Assembly: GCF_018977255.1 (NCBI RefSeq)
Contig: NW_024704743.1
Span: forward strand, 102,054,001-102,118,000
Direction: 5' to 3'
Source: Callorhinchus milii
Lineage: Eukaryota
DNA: 64,000 nucleotides
Each line of letters starts with the position of its first letter. Position 1 is the stretch's first letter. This document shows positions 25,851-39,803 of the stretch, one piece after another. The notes below the pieces were generated by a model. That model had not been told where the DNA came from. It was given only the letters and a program-made list of their open reading frames with translations, and did no database searches. The position numbers and the translations under genes are program-made.

Positions 25851-26999
25851 ATAGACTGTTTGTATGGAGTGTTGGAATCCATCCAAATAGATAGACATGA
25901 CTTGGTTTAACATCTCAAACTAGGTACCTCTAGCAATGCAGGATACACCCACATATACCCAGGAATTCACTGGATTGCCAGGCCTTACTATGGGAATTAC
26001 TTCTCAAGTATGTCAACTGTTATCTTGGTGTACTTCTTATAGCTTGCTATTGAGAGCATTATCTAGCAAGTAATAATTATAATAATTCCTTATATTTTAT
26101 ATTGCACCTTTCACAATGGGTGAACATCTCAAAATGCTTCTCGTATACACGGCATAGGGACTGTATGTTTTACAGGTGAATGCAAGCAGTGACTTTACAG
26201 CTTCTGGCAAAGCTTTATTGACAGAACCATTACGTAATTCTTGGCTGTATGTATAAAAGATCATCTGCTAAAGCAATATGTCTGAAGACTATTACTGATT
26301 ATAATGATCAAGAAAAATTAGGCTCTCAAATTATCTTCCTGTTCTCTATAACTATTTTTGTCAGCTAATCAGTGAGTAACCTTCAGTTACTTTGGTCCTG
26401 TGTATATCATGCCACTGCAATCAATATAATTTACTAGCTTTACTTTAATGCTAGTTGCACCACTCAATTAATTAATTAATTAATATGAGCAAACTCCTGC
26501 AAGTTGTTTTGTCTAAGTAGTTACAAATGGGAAAACAAACTGACCAATGTGCAATTTTAATCTTATACCTGATTATGACATTAAAACAATTGCTGCTGTC
26601 GCTGATACGTCTTCACAGTGTTTCCTTCCTCCCATTCCCTCCCTGCTTCTTCTGCATTCCTCCGCCCTCTCACTTACTGACAGCCCAACTCCAACCGCTT
26701 GTGAAATGAGGTGCCGCTTGCAAACTCAGAACAATTTTTTGTGGAACAAGTAAGACCAATCATTGTTTCATGAAAAGATTACAACAAATAAACAGAAATA
26801 ATTTAAGCTATTGACTCATAAATGAAATACGGTTTGGCTTTCCCATATTAAAATCATCTATCTTCAGGGATGAGAGGTTCTAGTTATCAGGAGAAAATTG
26901 GGTCTGCTTTTATTGGAATAGAGGTAAGAGGAAATCCAATATTGGACACATGTGGAAACCCATCAACATGCTTAAGAATAATTCTATCACACGACTGCA

Positions 27000-27445
27000 A
27001 GTTCCACATGTGTATGTTTTACATTTGTGTTGTGGAATACACACTTGCTCCCCAGAGGAATGTACCCTACTTATCTAATCACGTAGAGTTCAGGAGCAGA
27101 TTGGTAAGCATCAAGGTTTGGAGACCCAGATGTGTATTGGTGTAACACACAAGCTTGTTATTGCAAACACTAGCAGGCTTTCCCACTGCTTGTCCAACTC
27201 GAACCATCCTATGCACTCGGGCTGTGCCTTGCAGGATTAACAAGAATTACACGGGAAGAATCCCAGCCCACTGTGCTGTGCTCCCAGTCCTGCTAAATAC
27301 CTATATAGTTCCTCTGTAGTACTTGGGGAGTAGACTAGTAATGGAGGGCCGCTATTCTTCCCACTCAGCTACTGACTCTGGAAGACAATGTCCTGAGGGG
27401 TAGGGGCATTACCTAGAGTATAGATTCAGGAACACATGCTCACAT
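27000..27445 (-). repeat. Unclassified dispersed repeat, copy 2 (diverged)
   Basis: gctttcccactgcttgtcc and ggaagaatc...cagtcctgctaa match 48560-48845 in antisense. Confidence 0.5.
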
Positions 27446-28214
27446 ATCTAGAGTTGTAATCCACATTGATTGGTATGCAGAGAAGTAAGAAGCTGCTACT
27501 TAAGCTCCTCATTTTGAACTTGTGTAACGATCGCTCAGTGGATGGAGATAAGTGTGTCTGAGCTGTGGGCAAGAGGATGCTGGCAATGCTTTCATGCATT
27601 TAATGCTGAGCTGCATTGCTTGCTAAGCAGTGTTCTCAAAAGCAAGCTGTGTGGTTTTAGCAAATTATATGATACTTGTACCCAATCACACACTCTGGGG
27701 TCTCCAAGCCTCGGCTCCTATGCCAAACTTGAGATCAGCCTTGTTGCTTCCTATGCATCACCTTTAGCTTTATGGCAGCTTCCTTTCCTCTTGGTAACCA
27801 AAACTACACAGTGCTCCAAATGTGACCTGACCAGAACACTCTATAGTTTCAGCATGGCTATTGGGGAATTCAGTAAATTTGACAATGTAACCCAGAATCC
27901 TGTATGTCTCATATTTGCTGCTTTACACTGTTTAGACCTGATGAGCACTGAGTTAATTAACAGATTTAGGACTCTTTTAAGTTTTTCCCTAGCAAATTCT
28001 ATCCTCACCATAAACTATGTGCATTGCATAAGTTTTCAACAGTTTTCTTATTACTGATGGGAAGAGGCTCACAGCTCCTGTCACCTGATTATGCAGTATC
28101 ACTGATGCTGAACACAACAGAAGAAAATAATGCTATACAATATTGACCAGCATAAGATTCAACAAGAAACACATGAGATAACTTTTCCCTGAGATCTATT
28201 TCAACTCCAGCTGG

Positions 28215-29260
28215 AACTGTAGAACCAAAGAATTGTACGACCACAGCAATGTAACCCATTTTTCATGTCATTATTGGTCTTTCTAATGCAAATCAAATGC
28301 ATCTTAATCTCAATTACTTGTTCTTTCCTTCTATCCTCTAAAACCCCTCCATTGCCTACGATTATCTAATTCTCTTCTATATGCCCCTATTGATTTTGTT
28401 CTAACAGTCAAATATTCCATACACTGACAACTCTCTGGAAGAAGTTATTCTTTTTGACCCTCTCCTTTTACTCAAGTCATAATCATGAATTCCTGCCCTC
28501 TTGCCCTTGAACACTCTGCTAACAGTAAGCGGATTTTTCATGATGATTTCTTCAAAACCATTTCATCCCTCAGCCTCCTCTACTCCAACAGAGAATTCTA
28601 ACCACTCTAGCCTTTCCACATAGCTACATCCTTCCATCACTGGGATCAATCTCATGAATGTGGCCTACACCCTCTCCATAGCTCTAATATCTTTTCTTGT
28701 ATATTCTGTAGCTCAGCAGTTAGAGCACATTCCCCGCAAGTGCGAGACATGGGTTCCATTCCCGGCAGGACAAAACACTGGGCCAGGTTCCTTACTCCAC
28801 ACTCCTCTGTTTATCTAGCAGTAAGTAGGAACCCAGTTGTTAGTCAATTAGTGGATTGCTTTTCCTTCAAAAAATAATAAATAAATTAGTCACTTCAATC
28901 TACGACTGTTTGTGGGACACTGCTGTGCGCAATTGTCTGCCGCATTTCGTCCACAAAATATACAGTCAATTCACTTTACAGTACATTTTGTGAAGTGTTT
29001 TGATGTCTTGAAGATGTGATAAGACGCTATATCAAATGCAAGGATTATTATTATTAACTCCCAAAACTGCATACTGTAGCCAAACTCATGATCATTTGCT
29101 TATGATTTAATTCAATGGCTTTGCATATATGACAAGGATTTTGTTTGATCTTTTAATTTTTTTTTAGATCTTCTCTACCTGCATTTCCACTTTCAACAAA
29201 GACTGAATTTGTACCCCAGATCCCTCTGTTTCTCTACTGCATTAAAAATTCTGCCACCCT
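28215..29260 (-). mobile_element. Old CR1 3' fragment split by the SINE at 28706-29056
   Basis: cacactgacaactctctgga, cctcagcctcctctactccaa, gtaccccagatccctctgtt (EKQRDLG). Confidence 0.6.
28706..29056 (+). mobile_element. tRNA-derived SINE, long form
   Basis: Head, internal block, L2-type tail and (TTA)n. Confidence 0.88.
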
Positions 29261-29324
29261 CGGGTATAATTCCGCAGTCTGTAGACGATTCAGAACTCAG
29301 CAGCTTGTGTCCTATCTGTGAGAT

Positions 29325-29795
29325 CCATGAACCCATCACCCCCATCCTTGTCTGGCACCACTGGTTCCCCATTCCTGAGAGGATTGAGTTCAAGATCCTC
29401 ATCCTCACTTTTAAATTCCTTCAAGGTCTTGCCCCACCCTATCTCTGTGACACTCTAAAACACTATGAACCCGCCTTCGACATCTACTCGGCAGGCACTG
29501 GCTGACTTCATATCCCACTCCACCATCAATAGTTGGGCCTTCAGCCTTTCTGCTCTCACTTTCTGGAACTCCATCCCAGAATCCTTTCACTTCCCCCTTT
29601 CCCTTGCTTTCTTCAAGGTCTGCCTCACGACCTTCCTCTTTGACCACATTTTCAGTCATTTTCCTACCCTTACCCCATTTGGTCCCCACCCCTCCCTAAT
29701 TCCATCCCCAACTGATGTGCAAACCCTCTATTTTTCAGCACTTTGAGGCATCCTACCTACCTGAAAGGAGCTACATAAATGCAATTTGTTGTTGT
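29325..29795 (+). mobile_element. L2 3' fragment (older subfamily)
   Basis: EPITPILVWHHWFPIPERIEFKILILTFK and FWNSIPE...FFKVCLTTFLFDHIF. Confidence 0.85.
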
Positions 29796-30561
29796 TCTAT
29801 TCTTCCTCCCAAATGTTCACCAATTTTCCATACTGAATATCATTATCCCTATATTTCCCAAGATAGTCTTTTCATAATGCATGTCCATTACCATCTATCA
29901 GGAAGGGTACAATTAAATCATTGTATCTCTAATGAGAAAAGGCCTGTCAAAACCTGCCATTCTTAATGTCAGAAATAGTTTTATAACGATTGCTCCACAG
30001 CTTCATATTATTCTGCTGTTTCAGGAAATACGTGGATTAGATGGCAGTAACATTATTTTATTTGCAGGTAATGCATTTTGCATCACTTGTGGTTGACAAT
30101 CTTTGAAGGAGGACATTTTTTGTATCCTTTTATGATATTAATTATCCCATGATTTCAGCGCTCACTAAACCAATTGATAGAAAATGCAGTCATTTATAAA
30201 TTTAGGTTTTTAAGGGCGGGAGGTGGGGGGAGGAGGGAATGGAGAATGATTTCAAAGCCGTGCAAGTGATGCCCTGTCACCATCAATTTCTAAATGTTTT
30301 CATAACAACTTGAAAGAAAATATAGAAATTCTATTCCCTTAAATAATTTGGTGAATAATTTCTGTAAATTTATATTAAAACCTCTGTTAGATAATGAATA
30401 CACTGCAGAATAAATTATTTGAGCAGAAACAGTGAAAATAAGGGTTTTTTTAATATAAAAATTTTGTGTGTCTAATCATATTTCTAATTTTCTTCCTACT
30501 TCATATGTGTTTCTGCTCCTGGTTTGGACTTCTATTATTGGAGTACCGTTCTACGAGTGTT

Positions 30562-30808
30562 ATAATAATAATAATCCTTGCATTTGATATAGCGCTTTTC
30601 ACGTCGGGAGGACGTCTCAAAGCGCTTCACAGAACACACTGTAAAGTGATTTGACTGTATATTTGTGGGCGAATGCGGCAGCCAATTGCGCACAGCAATG
30701 TCCCACAAACAGTCGTAGATTGAAAATGACCAATTTATTATTTTTTGGTTTTGGAGGGATTATTATTAGGCGTGTGGAGTAAGGAAACTTGCCCAAGGTT
30801 TTGCCCTG
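30562..30808 (-). mobile_element. tRNA-Ala-derived SINE, short form, head truncated
   Basis: Near-identical to 11251-11500. Confidence 0.9.
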
Positions 30809-30829
30809 TGTTGGTCCAATATCCTGCAC

Positions 30830-31215
30830 AAGGGGACCATTGTTCATGTGTGAGCCTCGACATAATAATAAAATAATAATCCTTGGATCTGATATTGCGC
30901 CTTATCACATTGTTGAGATGTCTCAAAGTACTTCACAGAATACACAGAATATGGCAGCATGTCACTAGATTGTAAGGGGAGTCACAGCTGTGTCTGACCT
31001 CACCTCTCCCAACTGTTACACATGTATGTAACCCAGTGGAGGGTGATGTGGAGTGACTAGGAGACCTGGCTGTTTTTCCCTTCCTTAACTCATGGAAAAC
31101 CAAAGCCAATTTAACCTCCCCTTGCAGCCCTGGATGAGACCAACAAATGTAGCAGAGACTGGGATTCATACCAGCGAGCTCCTAGTCTAAACTGCGTCTT
31201 TATCCACTACATCAT
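30830..31215 (-). mobile_element. Old SINE (third family) interrupted by a SINE tail at about 30865-30940
   Basis: ccattgttcatgtgtgagcctcgaca also seen, diverged, at about 43150-43175; body similar to 22885-23085. Confidence 0.45.
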
Positions 31216-33001
31216 CTGTCAGCTTTAGAGAATAGTTCAATAAACAGTGTGGTTTAATTTATCCCGCCCCCGAGCTCCACCCACAGCTCAGGTTCACAAT
31301 TAGCTGTGAGACGTCCTCCTGGTATGTAATGCAAAGTAAATTGTAAAACGTTTACGGGTGTTCAGCAAATAATAAATGTAAAAGATCTAAGCAAGGTGGT
31401 AATCCACAGAATGAGGTTACTCGAATGACCTTTGTCTAAGACTTCTCACCGAAAACTGTGTTTCAATTTTATTGTGTTTTCTATTGTTACGCTCAACAAG
31501 GTGAAATTATAGTAACTTGTGTAAAAAGAGCCCCAGAGTTTTGTTTGCTGGTGATGATTTTCCGGCCTGGATGAATCACAAAATGCCAACAATCTCCTAC
31601 CTTTTATGTTCCAAAGTGCAAAGTTGTATTCTGCTATTTGGGGAAAGGCACACGGTGTGATTTTTTTAAAAAGCCCAACTGCAAGCATGATGTTACTGCT
31701 TATTGCTTGCCTCCTGTTGTACTGGGGTAAGAGATCAAAGAGAAGAACTAAGGTAGTCTGTCGGCATCAAGATGCCGGTGGAATCCATGTGAAAAAAAAT
31801 CAACACCTTCAAATCATGCCTGCTCAAGAACAGCAGTATGCTGTCAACTGGTGATTGTGCTAAGCATCTCATTAACTTTCCTCATACTGTTATTTCAAAT
31901 AGAAATTGCACTCCTTGCAAGAATTTGTACCCAGAAAATATTTGAAACACTGTGAAATATAATTTTTTTTATGTGTAGAATTTAGAAAACTCCTGTCACA
32001 AAGTTCCAAATTGTTTTTCTGCAGAATTTTTGAGAGGCTTTGATAACATTAAGGCGGACGGTTGAAGCCATTCCCTTCATAGTTGTTTGTGGGATATTTT
32101 GCGTGGAAATTGGCTGTCACATTTGCCTATAAAACACACAATCACTTGATTTCATAGTAAATCCTGTGAAGCTCTTTGAGATGTCCTCCTGATGTGAAAG
32201 ATATTATATCATATATTACGATTATCTTTTATTATAATTGACATAATTTCCTAGAAAGTTCACTTGCTGAGCAGAGAGCTAATTACAAATTCCAACAGAA
32301 TATACCTTGTTAACGTCAGAATGAAGTTAAAGATTAGTATTCTAATAAACCTTCCTAGAAATATAAATGAATACATTATGTCAAAGGTCAAGTCATATTC
32401 GTGAAGCTTCAAAATGTGGGACAGACAGATATAAAGAAGAGCATCTAACATCACATCTATCAACCGATAGGCCTGTATATGACATTAATAAATCCATTTG
32501 GCAAATACTCAAATCAATTAATACCTGTTAACTTGAACCAAATTCTATGGGATCAAAGTGTGTTCTAGGATAACACATTTGACATGATTCTTAATTGAAT
32601 CCATTAATTTATACATCACATTTTTCCATCAATTTCTAAAATGTAGTGAAGTAGTCATTGAACTTAACACCCACCTCCCCACCCCCGTCTCAGCATAATG
32701 ACTTGGCCATAGATTTCTCTATGACAATGCTGCTCCCAATCACGGAGATCAGTATTCGATTGAGGCTAAAAATAAGACTTAACTCAAAGGGAACTGAAAC
32801 AGCACAATCAGCACTCAAACACTGACTTTGAGATCAAAACTGGAAATCAATACAGTTTATTGACAAAATGGCACCAAAGACTTTACACCAATCTGTTGTC
32901 CAGGAGTTGGGGGGGTGGTGGGGAGGGGTTGGAATAGCTGAGGGAACACGTTCAGTTCCAGTCTTTAGGATTGGCTGGAAAATAAGATGTTTCATGACAT
33001 A

Positions 33002-33270
33002 TAATAATAATCCTTGCATTTTATATAGCGCCTCTCAAGTCAGGCAACATCATAAAGCACTTCACAGGATTCACTGTAAAGTATAGTGTATTTGTATGTA
33101 AACAGGTAGTCAATTTGCACAGAGCACAATCCCACAATCAGCCTTGAAGTGATTGACACATTTTATTTGGAGAATTGGTAGCAGAACACTGGGAGAAACT
33201 CACTTTTCAAATGGAATATTTCATGCCCACCTGAACAGGTAGATAGGACTTTGGTCTAATAGTTCATCAA
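33002..33270 (-). mobile_element. Deu-domain SINE 3' part
   Basis: Colinear with 22131-22410. Confidence 0.7.
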
Positions 33271-33520
33271 AGAGTAGATTGATTCAATGTGACAATAAAA
33301 GCCAGATTTTTCACCTGTTTCACCTAATAGATAATTATTTTGGTATCATGCTAAGAAATTATTTTTCTCATCCATTGCTAAGAAACAACATGTAACTGGA
33401 ATGTAATTAGAAGAGATCAATGGTTTGCTTTCAGTAGTCATACTCAATGCATGCTCAAGCATTAATAATTAAATTACAGGAAAGAGGACTTTCAAAGCTG
33501 CTTCCCTGTGGATTGTAGAG

Positions 33521-33534
33521 ACACTAGATGGCAG
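33521..33534 (+). promoter_or_regulatory. Possible CTCF site
   Basis: ACACTAGATGGCAG matches 13 of 14 positions of CCASYAGRKGGCRS; motif only. Confidence 0.3.
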
Positions 33535-33828
33535 TATTTAACAAGAAATGAAGTATCTCTGCTCATGAGCTGTGACAGAAATTTTGAACCAAAAAAAATA
33601 CTGCCTTATAAAATCCAACTGCCATCTTATCGCATGATTTAAACATGCTGATGTGGAAAAAATTGTAGTTTTCATACAGTAGTAAACTGCAGTAAGAATG
33701 ATACAGTCTGGTTTTCTTACATTTTTCTGTGACCCTGTTGTGTTTGTTTTAGTTGTAATTCATCAGGCACGTATTGTAATTATCTTCTTCAAATTTGGGC
33801 TCTAATTTGGGATATTTACAGAAGAATT

Positions 33829-34065
33829 TGTCAGCCTGGCTCATTTGGCAGCCCGCTTGCATCTGAGTCAGAACGTTGTGGGTTCAAGCGCTATAACAGG
33901 ACTTTATCTTGGCTGACATCCTAATACAATACTAGAGGAGTGCTGCATTGCGAGAAGTACCATCCTTTGGGTGGGATGTTAAATCCAGGTCCCATTTTCC
34001 TGTTCAGCTGGACATTAAAGATCCTATGGCAGTGTTCAAAGACAGAAGAAAGTTTCTCCCAGAGT
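33829..34065 (+). mobile_element. Deu-domain SINE head and central domain
   Basis: tgtcagcctggctcatttggcagc...ctgagtcagaacgttgtgggttcaag...taaagatcctatggc. Confidence 0.8.
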
Positions 34066-34317
34066 CCTTCTCCTTTGATCATAATCTGAAAGTTGAAACA
34101 GAGCTCGCTGAATTCCATTTTATTATTTACAAATCCTTTTTGCAAATGTGAAATTTTGGACCCAGTGTGTTTCACATCATGCAGCAATCAACAATAATAA
34201 TAGTAATTATCCTTACATTTGATATCATATTGTCAACATGTCTCAAAGTACTTTTCAAGATTTACTGCATAGTGCAGTGATTGTGTATTTGCAGCAAACG
34301 TGAAAGCCAAAGCAATA

Positions 34318-34384
34318 TCATATAGGATGACAGTTGCTATGTGACAAATATTATTTGTCACATAGCAACTATCATCCTATATGA
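34318..34384. repeat. Near-perfect palindrome with 33-bp arms
   Basis: TCATATAGGATGACAGTTGCTATGTGACAAATA-T-TATTTGTCACATAGCAACTATCATCCTATATGA, one mismatch. Confidence 0.95.
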
Positions 34385-34922
34385 AGCATAGTCTATCAGC
34401 ACAGAGCAAATTTCTGAGTTTCTGCAGGAACCAGCCTCGATTATTACATGTGCCTACATTTCACCATGCCGTAACTGAGTGATTTAACGCAAACCAGTTC
34501 CTGTTGCTTTGCCCCCCTTGCACCAATATACTTTCTTGCCTTATGCTAACCCTGTCTGCAGACAACATGGTGATAGATAGGCTTTCCACTGCAAGAGAAA
34601 GTATTGTTTCTGACTGAAAGGTTAAATGGGAACAAAATAAGAGATTTGTGACAACAGTGTATAAATTGCTAGAATCTGTTATTCAATGTAATTGATTTTC
34701 TTCTATGGAAACCATTGTTTGCAGTATTCTAATGAGAAAACTGTCTTGTTTGCATGACAAATGCATGACTTTGAAGCCGCTAGAATATAATCAGCGTTTG
34801 ATTTTTTAGTTGTGTGAAAATAATGTTTGCATATTGGTGAGGAAGGTATTGTTCATCAAGTTCTGATTTGCAGGGTGGAGGGAATAGGGGAACAGCCATT
34901 TTCCATCCTTACACATGTAATC

Positions 34923-35070
34923 CACAAATACACACACACACAGAACTACAAACACACACGCACACACATACACACATAAAACTACATTCACACACACGCA
35001 CACACACAATCATGGATAGAAACACTCAGACAGACACACACATACACACGCACACAAGAACACACTCACA
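34923..35070. repeat. Degenerate (CA)n
   Basis: Direct reading. Confidence 0.85.
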
Positions 35071-35389
35071 TATTGCTATCTGAAATATTCATAACAGGAT
35101 TCACAGGTAACTAGATGTACCTCATGCCGACCTGCAGGAACTATTTATTAGCCTCAGTCTATTAGGCCATTTTGTCTTTTTAAGGAAGTGGAGAATAGTG
35201 GAAAATTCTTAACTTCTCAAATTTTGGAAGTTAGAGTTCTTAAGAACTATGGGAACCAATTCTGTACTAACTTAAATTCAAAGATAAAATGGTTTTACAG
35301 GCTAATGTAATTCCAGGCCAAATATTTATAGATCCTTTGTGAATCATGTTGTGGATACAATGCTTTAGATCTTTAGATACTTTAGATCA

Positions 35390-35573
35390 AAAAAATTGGT
35401 CATTTTCAATCCACAACTGTTTGTGGGACACTGCTGTGCGCAATTGGCTGCTGCGTTTCGCCCACAAATATACAGTCAATTCACTTTACAGCATATTCTG
35501 TGAAGCGTTTTGAGAAGACATGAAAAGAGCTATATTGGATGCAAGGATTATTATTATTATTATATTATTATTA
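35390..35573 (+). mobile_element. tRNA-derived SINE 3' half
   Basis: aattggtcattttcaatcc...gcaaggattattatt. Confidence 0.85.
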
Positions 35574-36084
35574 TCCAAATAATATCATAATAAATAATAA
35601 CACCTTAAGATACGTAGAGCAGAGAGATTTTCCCAGTGTCCTGGACAACAATTCTCCATATAAAATTAGTCATTCACTTCATAGCTGTTAATAGGACGTT
35701 ACTGAGTGGAAATTAGCTGCCAATTTGCCTTCAAAATGTAGCATTACTACACTTTACATCAAAATCCTGTGAAGCTCTTTGAGATGAACTTCTGACGTGA
35801 AAGTTGCTTTATCCAATACAAGAATCATTATCACATTCATGCACGTAGAAAAATAATCTTTGTCACACAGAGGGACAAAATGCTAACTAAAATGCCAGTT
35901 ATATTAAACTCCCCTGGTGGCTTAGATCATAAAACCCCTGTTTACTGTTGAACTTCGTTATAACATCCAGTTGGTTTGATTCATAGTGATTAAACAATAT
36001 ACTTCATTCATCTTGTCCCACTATTACCAGGGATGAGCGAATTAAGCCATCAAAAAATTATTGGACAGTTTGGAGCTTTTCTTT

Positions 36085-36960
36085 TTATAGGTCAATAGGT
36101 CACAAGATTGCTTATCTGATCTAATCCCACTTTATTGTCCTCCATCACAGTGTCAAGCTGTTTTTTTAAATAAATCTGGCCTCAACCTCCCTTCCTGAGA
36201 ACCTGTTCCAGTATTTGATTACTTTTTGACTAAAGAAACACCTCTAGATATCTGTTCTGAAATTGCCCTTTACGAATCTAAACCTATGTCCTCTTGTTCT
36301 GTTGTCTTGTTGCATTCGAACATATTGATCTGGGTTTACTGTTTTAATCTCATTTAAAATATTATACATGTTATTACCTATTATTAAGGAGTCCTCTCTT
36401 AATCGCCTGAACAGCCATGGCTGGTCAAACTGCTGCTCATATCTCATTTGTCTAACATTGGGAATCATCCTCGTTTGCTCTTCTCTGCACTGCCTCTTGG
36501 GCCTGGGGAAATCTAATCCTTGCATTTGATATAGCGCCTTATCACATCTTTGAGACGTCTCAAACCGCTTCACAGAATATACTGTAAAGTTAATTGACTT
36601 ACATTTTGTGGGAGAAACGTGGCAGCCAATTGTACACAGCAGTGGCCCACAAACAGTTATGGATTGAGTGACCAAATTATTATTTTTTTTGAAGGGATTA
36701 ACTACCTCCGGAAAATCAAACTGGCAATTGACTAACTGCCGGGCTCCTACTTACGGCTATGGAAACAGAGGCGTGTGGAGTAAGGAAACTTGCCCAACCG
36801 TTTTGCCCTACCCGGCAATCAAACCCAGGTCCTCTCGTTTGCAAGGTAAGTGCTCTAACCACTAAGCTACAGGACTCCACAAATCTAGGGCATGGGCAAC
36901 ATTTGTTGCAGTGTTGTAGACCTGTATGTAGTAGAATTTTTCAGAGCGACATTTCACCTC
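36085..36960 (-). mobile_element. Old CR1 3' fragment split by the SINE at 36514-36880
   Basis: DNRTRGHRFRFVKGNFRTDI CR1 C-terminal motif in ORF 36244..36675. Confidence 0.7.
36514..36880 (-). mobile_element. tRNA-derived SINE, long form, full length
   Basis: Head through tail intact. Confidence 0.9.
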
Positions 36961-39106
36961 AATATACAGCTAACGAGATCATTCTGGCTTAAAATTCAAG
37001 ATAACAAGAAATTTGAGAAATTTTGAAATTCGGTCTTAACTTGGAAACCAGATCTTCTTAAGAACTGTGAAAGCCAGCTGCCAAATTCAGAATGAAGTTA
37101 AGCATTTTCCACAATTCTGCACAAATTCAATTTGCAGTACAGAATGGCCGTGCAGGCAAGAACTAAGTGAAATTTTGGGCTTTCTGCCTTTTATCGTGAC
37201 AGTGATGAATATGGCATTTACTGAGCTACATATGAAGCTGCATAGTAGATGTGTTCTGCTTTACTAGTACTGCGGTGTACCAGTGCACACAACATATCAT
37301 GCAGAAAGCAATTAATGTGCTCTGATGAAACAAATAAGACAATGTCACAAAACAGGTACAACCGTTCAGCACTTGTATTATTCAGGTACTATAGCCCCTC
37401 CCAAGTAAAGATGTTTGCTAAGTCTGAAGCTGCACACTGATGTGGCAAAGGCACTGAATTCATCTGGCAAGTCTTCTCTTCCTATAGTCAACAATAATTA
37501 CTTGCTTTGTTTCACTCTGATTTACGTGGTACTTTCTGCTTAAGAAACAACTCTGTCATACACAGTCCAGTGTAAGTGACTGTAACACACTGCAACTTCT
37601 TGGTAAATATAACTTAAGCATACATAAAATGTTTTCACTAACTGAATACCTGAGTAGCGAACGGTATGTATCTTAAGTGAAATTGAAGTGTAACTGTGCT
37701 CACTTCAGTCACTTTATGTAACTGAATTATTTGATTGTTTAGCTCTCTTCAGTGAGTACTTGTTATGCCTGGAGCATGCTTCACACTATTGCTATTTCTG
37801 TCCTAAATGTAACATTTGTGTTCAATGTATTCCAGGAGGTTTGTTATTTAACATTTTTTTCAGGCTGAGTTTTTTAAAAAAAACAATTTACACTCCAGGA
37901 AAGTTTCCACAATTATTCATTCAAATTATCAAATATTAATAAATGTTATGCTAATATTTCCTTATGAATTTCTGTGAAGTGCATGAAATATTGTGGAAAA
38001 TATAGAGTCTGCCCTTAAAATACACAATCACTCCACTTTAGAGTAATGCTGTGAACCACTTTGAGACAACTTTCCTTACATGCCAAATACAAGGATTATA
38101 AAGTGCCATACATAAACTGTCAACAGAAACAATAACATAAATGTCTATAATGGTACATTTGGAAACACAAAGTCTTTGTGCTAATTGATACTAATAATTT
38201 ATGAATGATATTGCAGAATTTGCTACCAAATTTGGGAATAAAATCATAATCCATCCTTTGGAACAGGCGATAAACGAAGGTTCTATTCAGGTAGATATCC
38301 AAGATCCAATAACAATGCTCGAAAAGAGAAGGGAGTTTCTTCCAGCTTTCCAGCCAACAATCCCCCAGAGGAAATTGATCATTCACATCACAGCTACTTA
38401 TGGGACATTACTCCTTGGCTATAACATTTGTCTACAAAATGCACATAAGCTGCATTTTACAGTAAATCCTGTGAAGTGGTTTGAGATGTCTTGATGATTT
38501 AATAAGAAACTAAATCATAGAATATTACAGCACAGAAGGAGGCCATTCAGCCCATCGTGCCTGTGCCAACTCTTTGGAAGAGCTACTTAATCAGTCCCAG
38601 TTCCCCACTTCCCAGTTCTTTCTTTGTAATTTTTCTCTTTTCAAGTACCTATCCAATTCCATTTTGAAAGTTGTTATTCAATTTGTTTCCATACTCCAGA
38701 CCATAACAACTCTCAGTGTAAATTCTCCTCATCTCCCCTCTGGTTCTTTTGCCAATTATCTTAAATCGATGTTCCCTGGTACCCCTGCCAGTGGAAACAG
38801 TTTCTCACTATCTACTCTATCAAAACCCCTCATAAATTTGGACACCTCTATTAAAGCTCCCCTTAATTTTATCTGGTCTAAGGAGAACAATACCAACTTC
38901 TGTAGTCTCTCCACATAACTAAAATCCCTCATCCCTAGTACCATTCTGGTAAATCTCCTCTGCATCCCCTCCAAGGCCTTGATATCCTTCCTAAAGTGTG
39001 GTGGCCAGAATTGGACACAATACTCCAGCTAAGGCCTAACCAGTGACTTATAAAGGCTCAGCAGAATTTCCTTGCTTTTGTACTCTATGGCTCTATTTGT
39101 AAAGCC

Positions 39107-39803
39107 TGTTAGAATTTACACTTTTTGTATAATGTTAGAATCATAATAGATGTTGCGAACGGGTTAACTTTTAAGTTAAGTGTGTTGTGGGCAGCTGGAC
39201 TGAAACTCTCTGCACGTTCACGAGATAACGGACTGTCTCAAGGACAGTGTGTTTGTGTGTGTGAGGCACGTATACCCCATGAGGCGCTCACGTACACCCA
39301 GCATGATTTCGACCAGGTGATCTAATGTCCGCACCATGATTGGATGAATATTGGTATAAGAGTTCCGATAACTTTGTGTACGGGGCCGTCCCGGGTCGTG
39401 GAGACAAGGATACGGGAGATGGGGCCATCCCGGGCTGCGGAGACAAGGATACGGGAGATGGGGCCATCCCGGGCTGCGGAGACAAGGCTATGGAGATGGA
39501 AGACTGAGAGCTGGAAACACTAAGACTGAGGATATCAGATGGAAGATTGAAAGCTGTAAGCAAGAAGACTGAAAGCATGAAGAATCAAGCATGTGTGCTG
39601 TAAAGACACAGTGTTGAACTCTTGAACTCGAGATATCTATAGTGGTGTTATTCTGTTAAAAGATCTGTTGATTGTACCGGCCTTTGGTCTGACCCATCGG
39701 GATATTGGGGAATAACGAATGAATAATAATAAAACAGTCTGATATCTGGTTAGAGGAATTAGCGTTATTTCCTTACAGATTTGGCTGATTTTATTTTCTA
39801 ACA
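39107..39803 (+). mobile_element. Solo LTR (ERV or Gypsy type), 697 bp
   Basis: TGTTAGAA...TTCTAACA terminal inverted repeats; 4-bp TSD agcc/ggcc; ATTGG 39339, TATAAG 39355, AATAAA 39728; cleanly interrupts the CR1. Confidence 0.85.
39382..39497 (+). repeat. 39-bp tandem repeat, 3 copies, inside the LTR
   Basis: ggggccatcccgggctgcggagacaaggatacgggagat units at 39382, 39421 and 39460. Confidence 0.95.

Noticed and set aside
27542..28057. 171-aa ORF
   Set aside because: No recognisable domain; overlaps an antisense CR1 remnant (aaaactacacagtgctccaaatgtgacctgacc)
35908..35921. Second CTCF-like motif (minus strand CCACCAGGGGAG)
   Set aside because: Mismatches at the core GC positions
39382..39497. 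Regular repeats as a CRISPR array
   Set aside because: Head-to-tail 39-bp units without unique spacers, inside an LTR, in eukaryotic DNA with no cas genes
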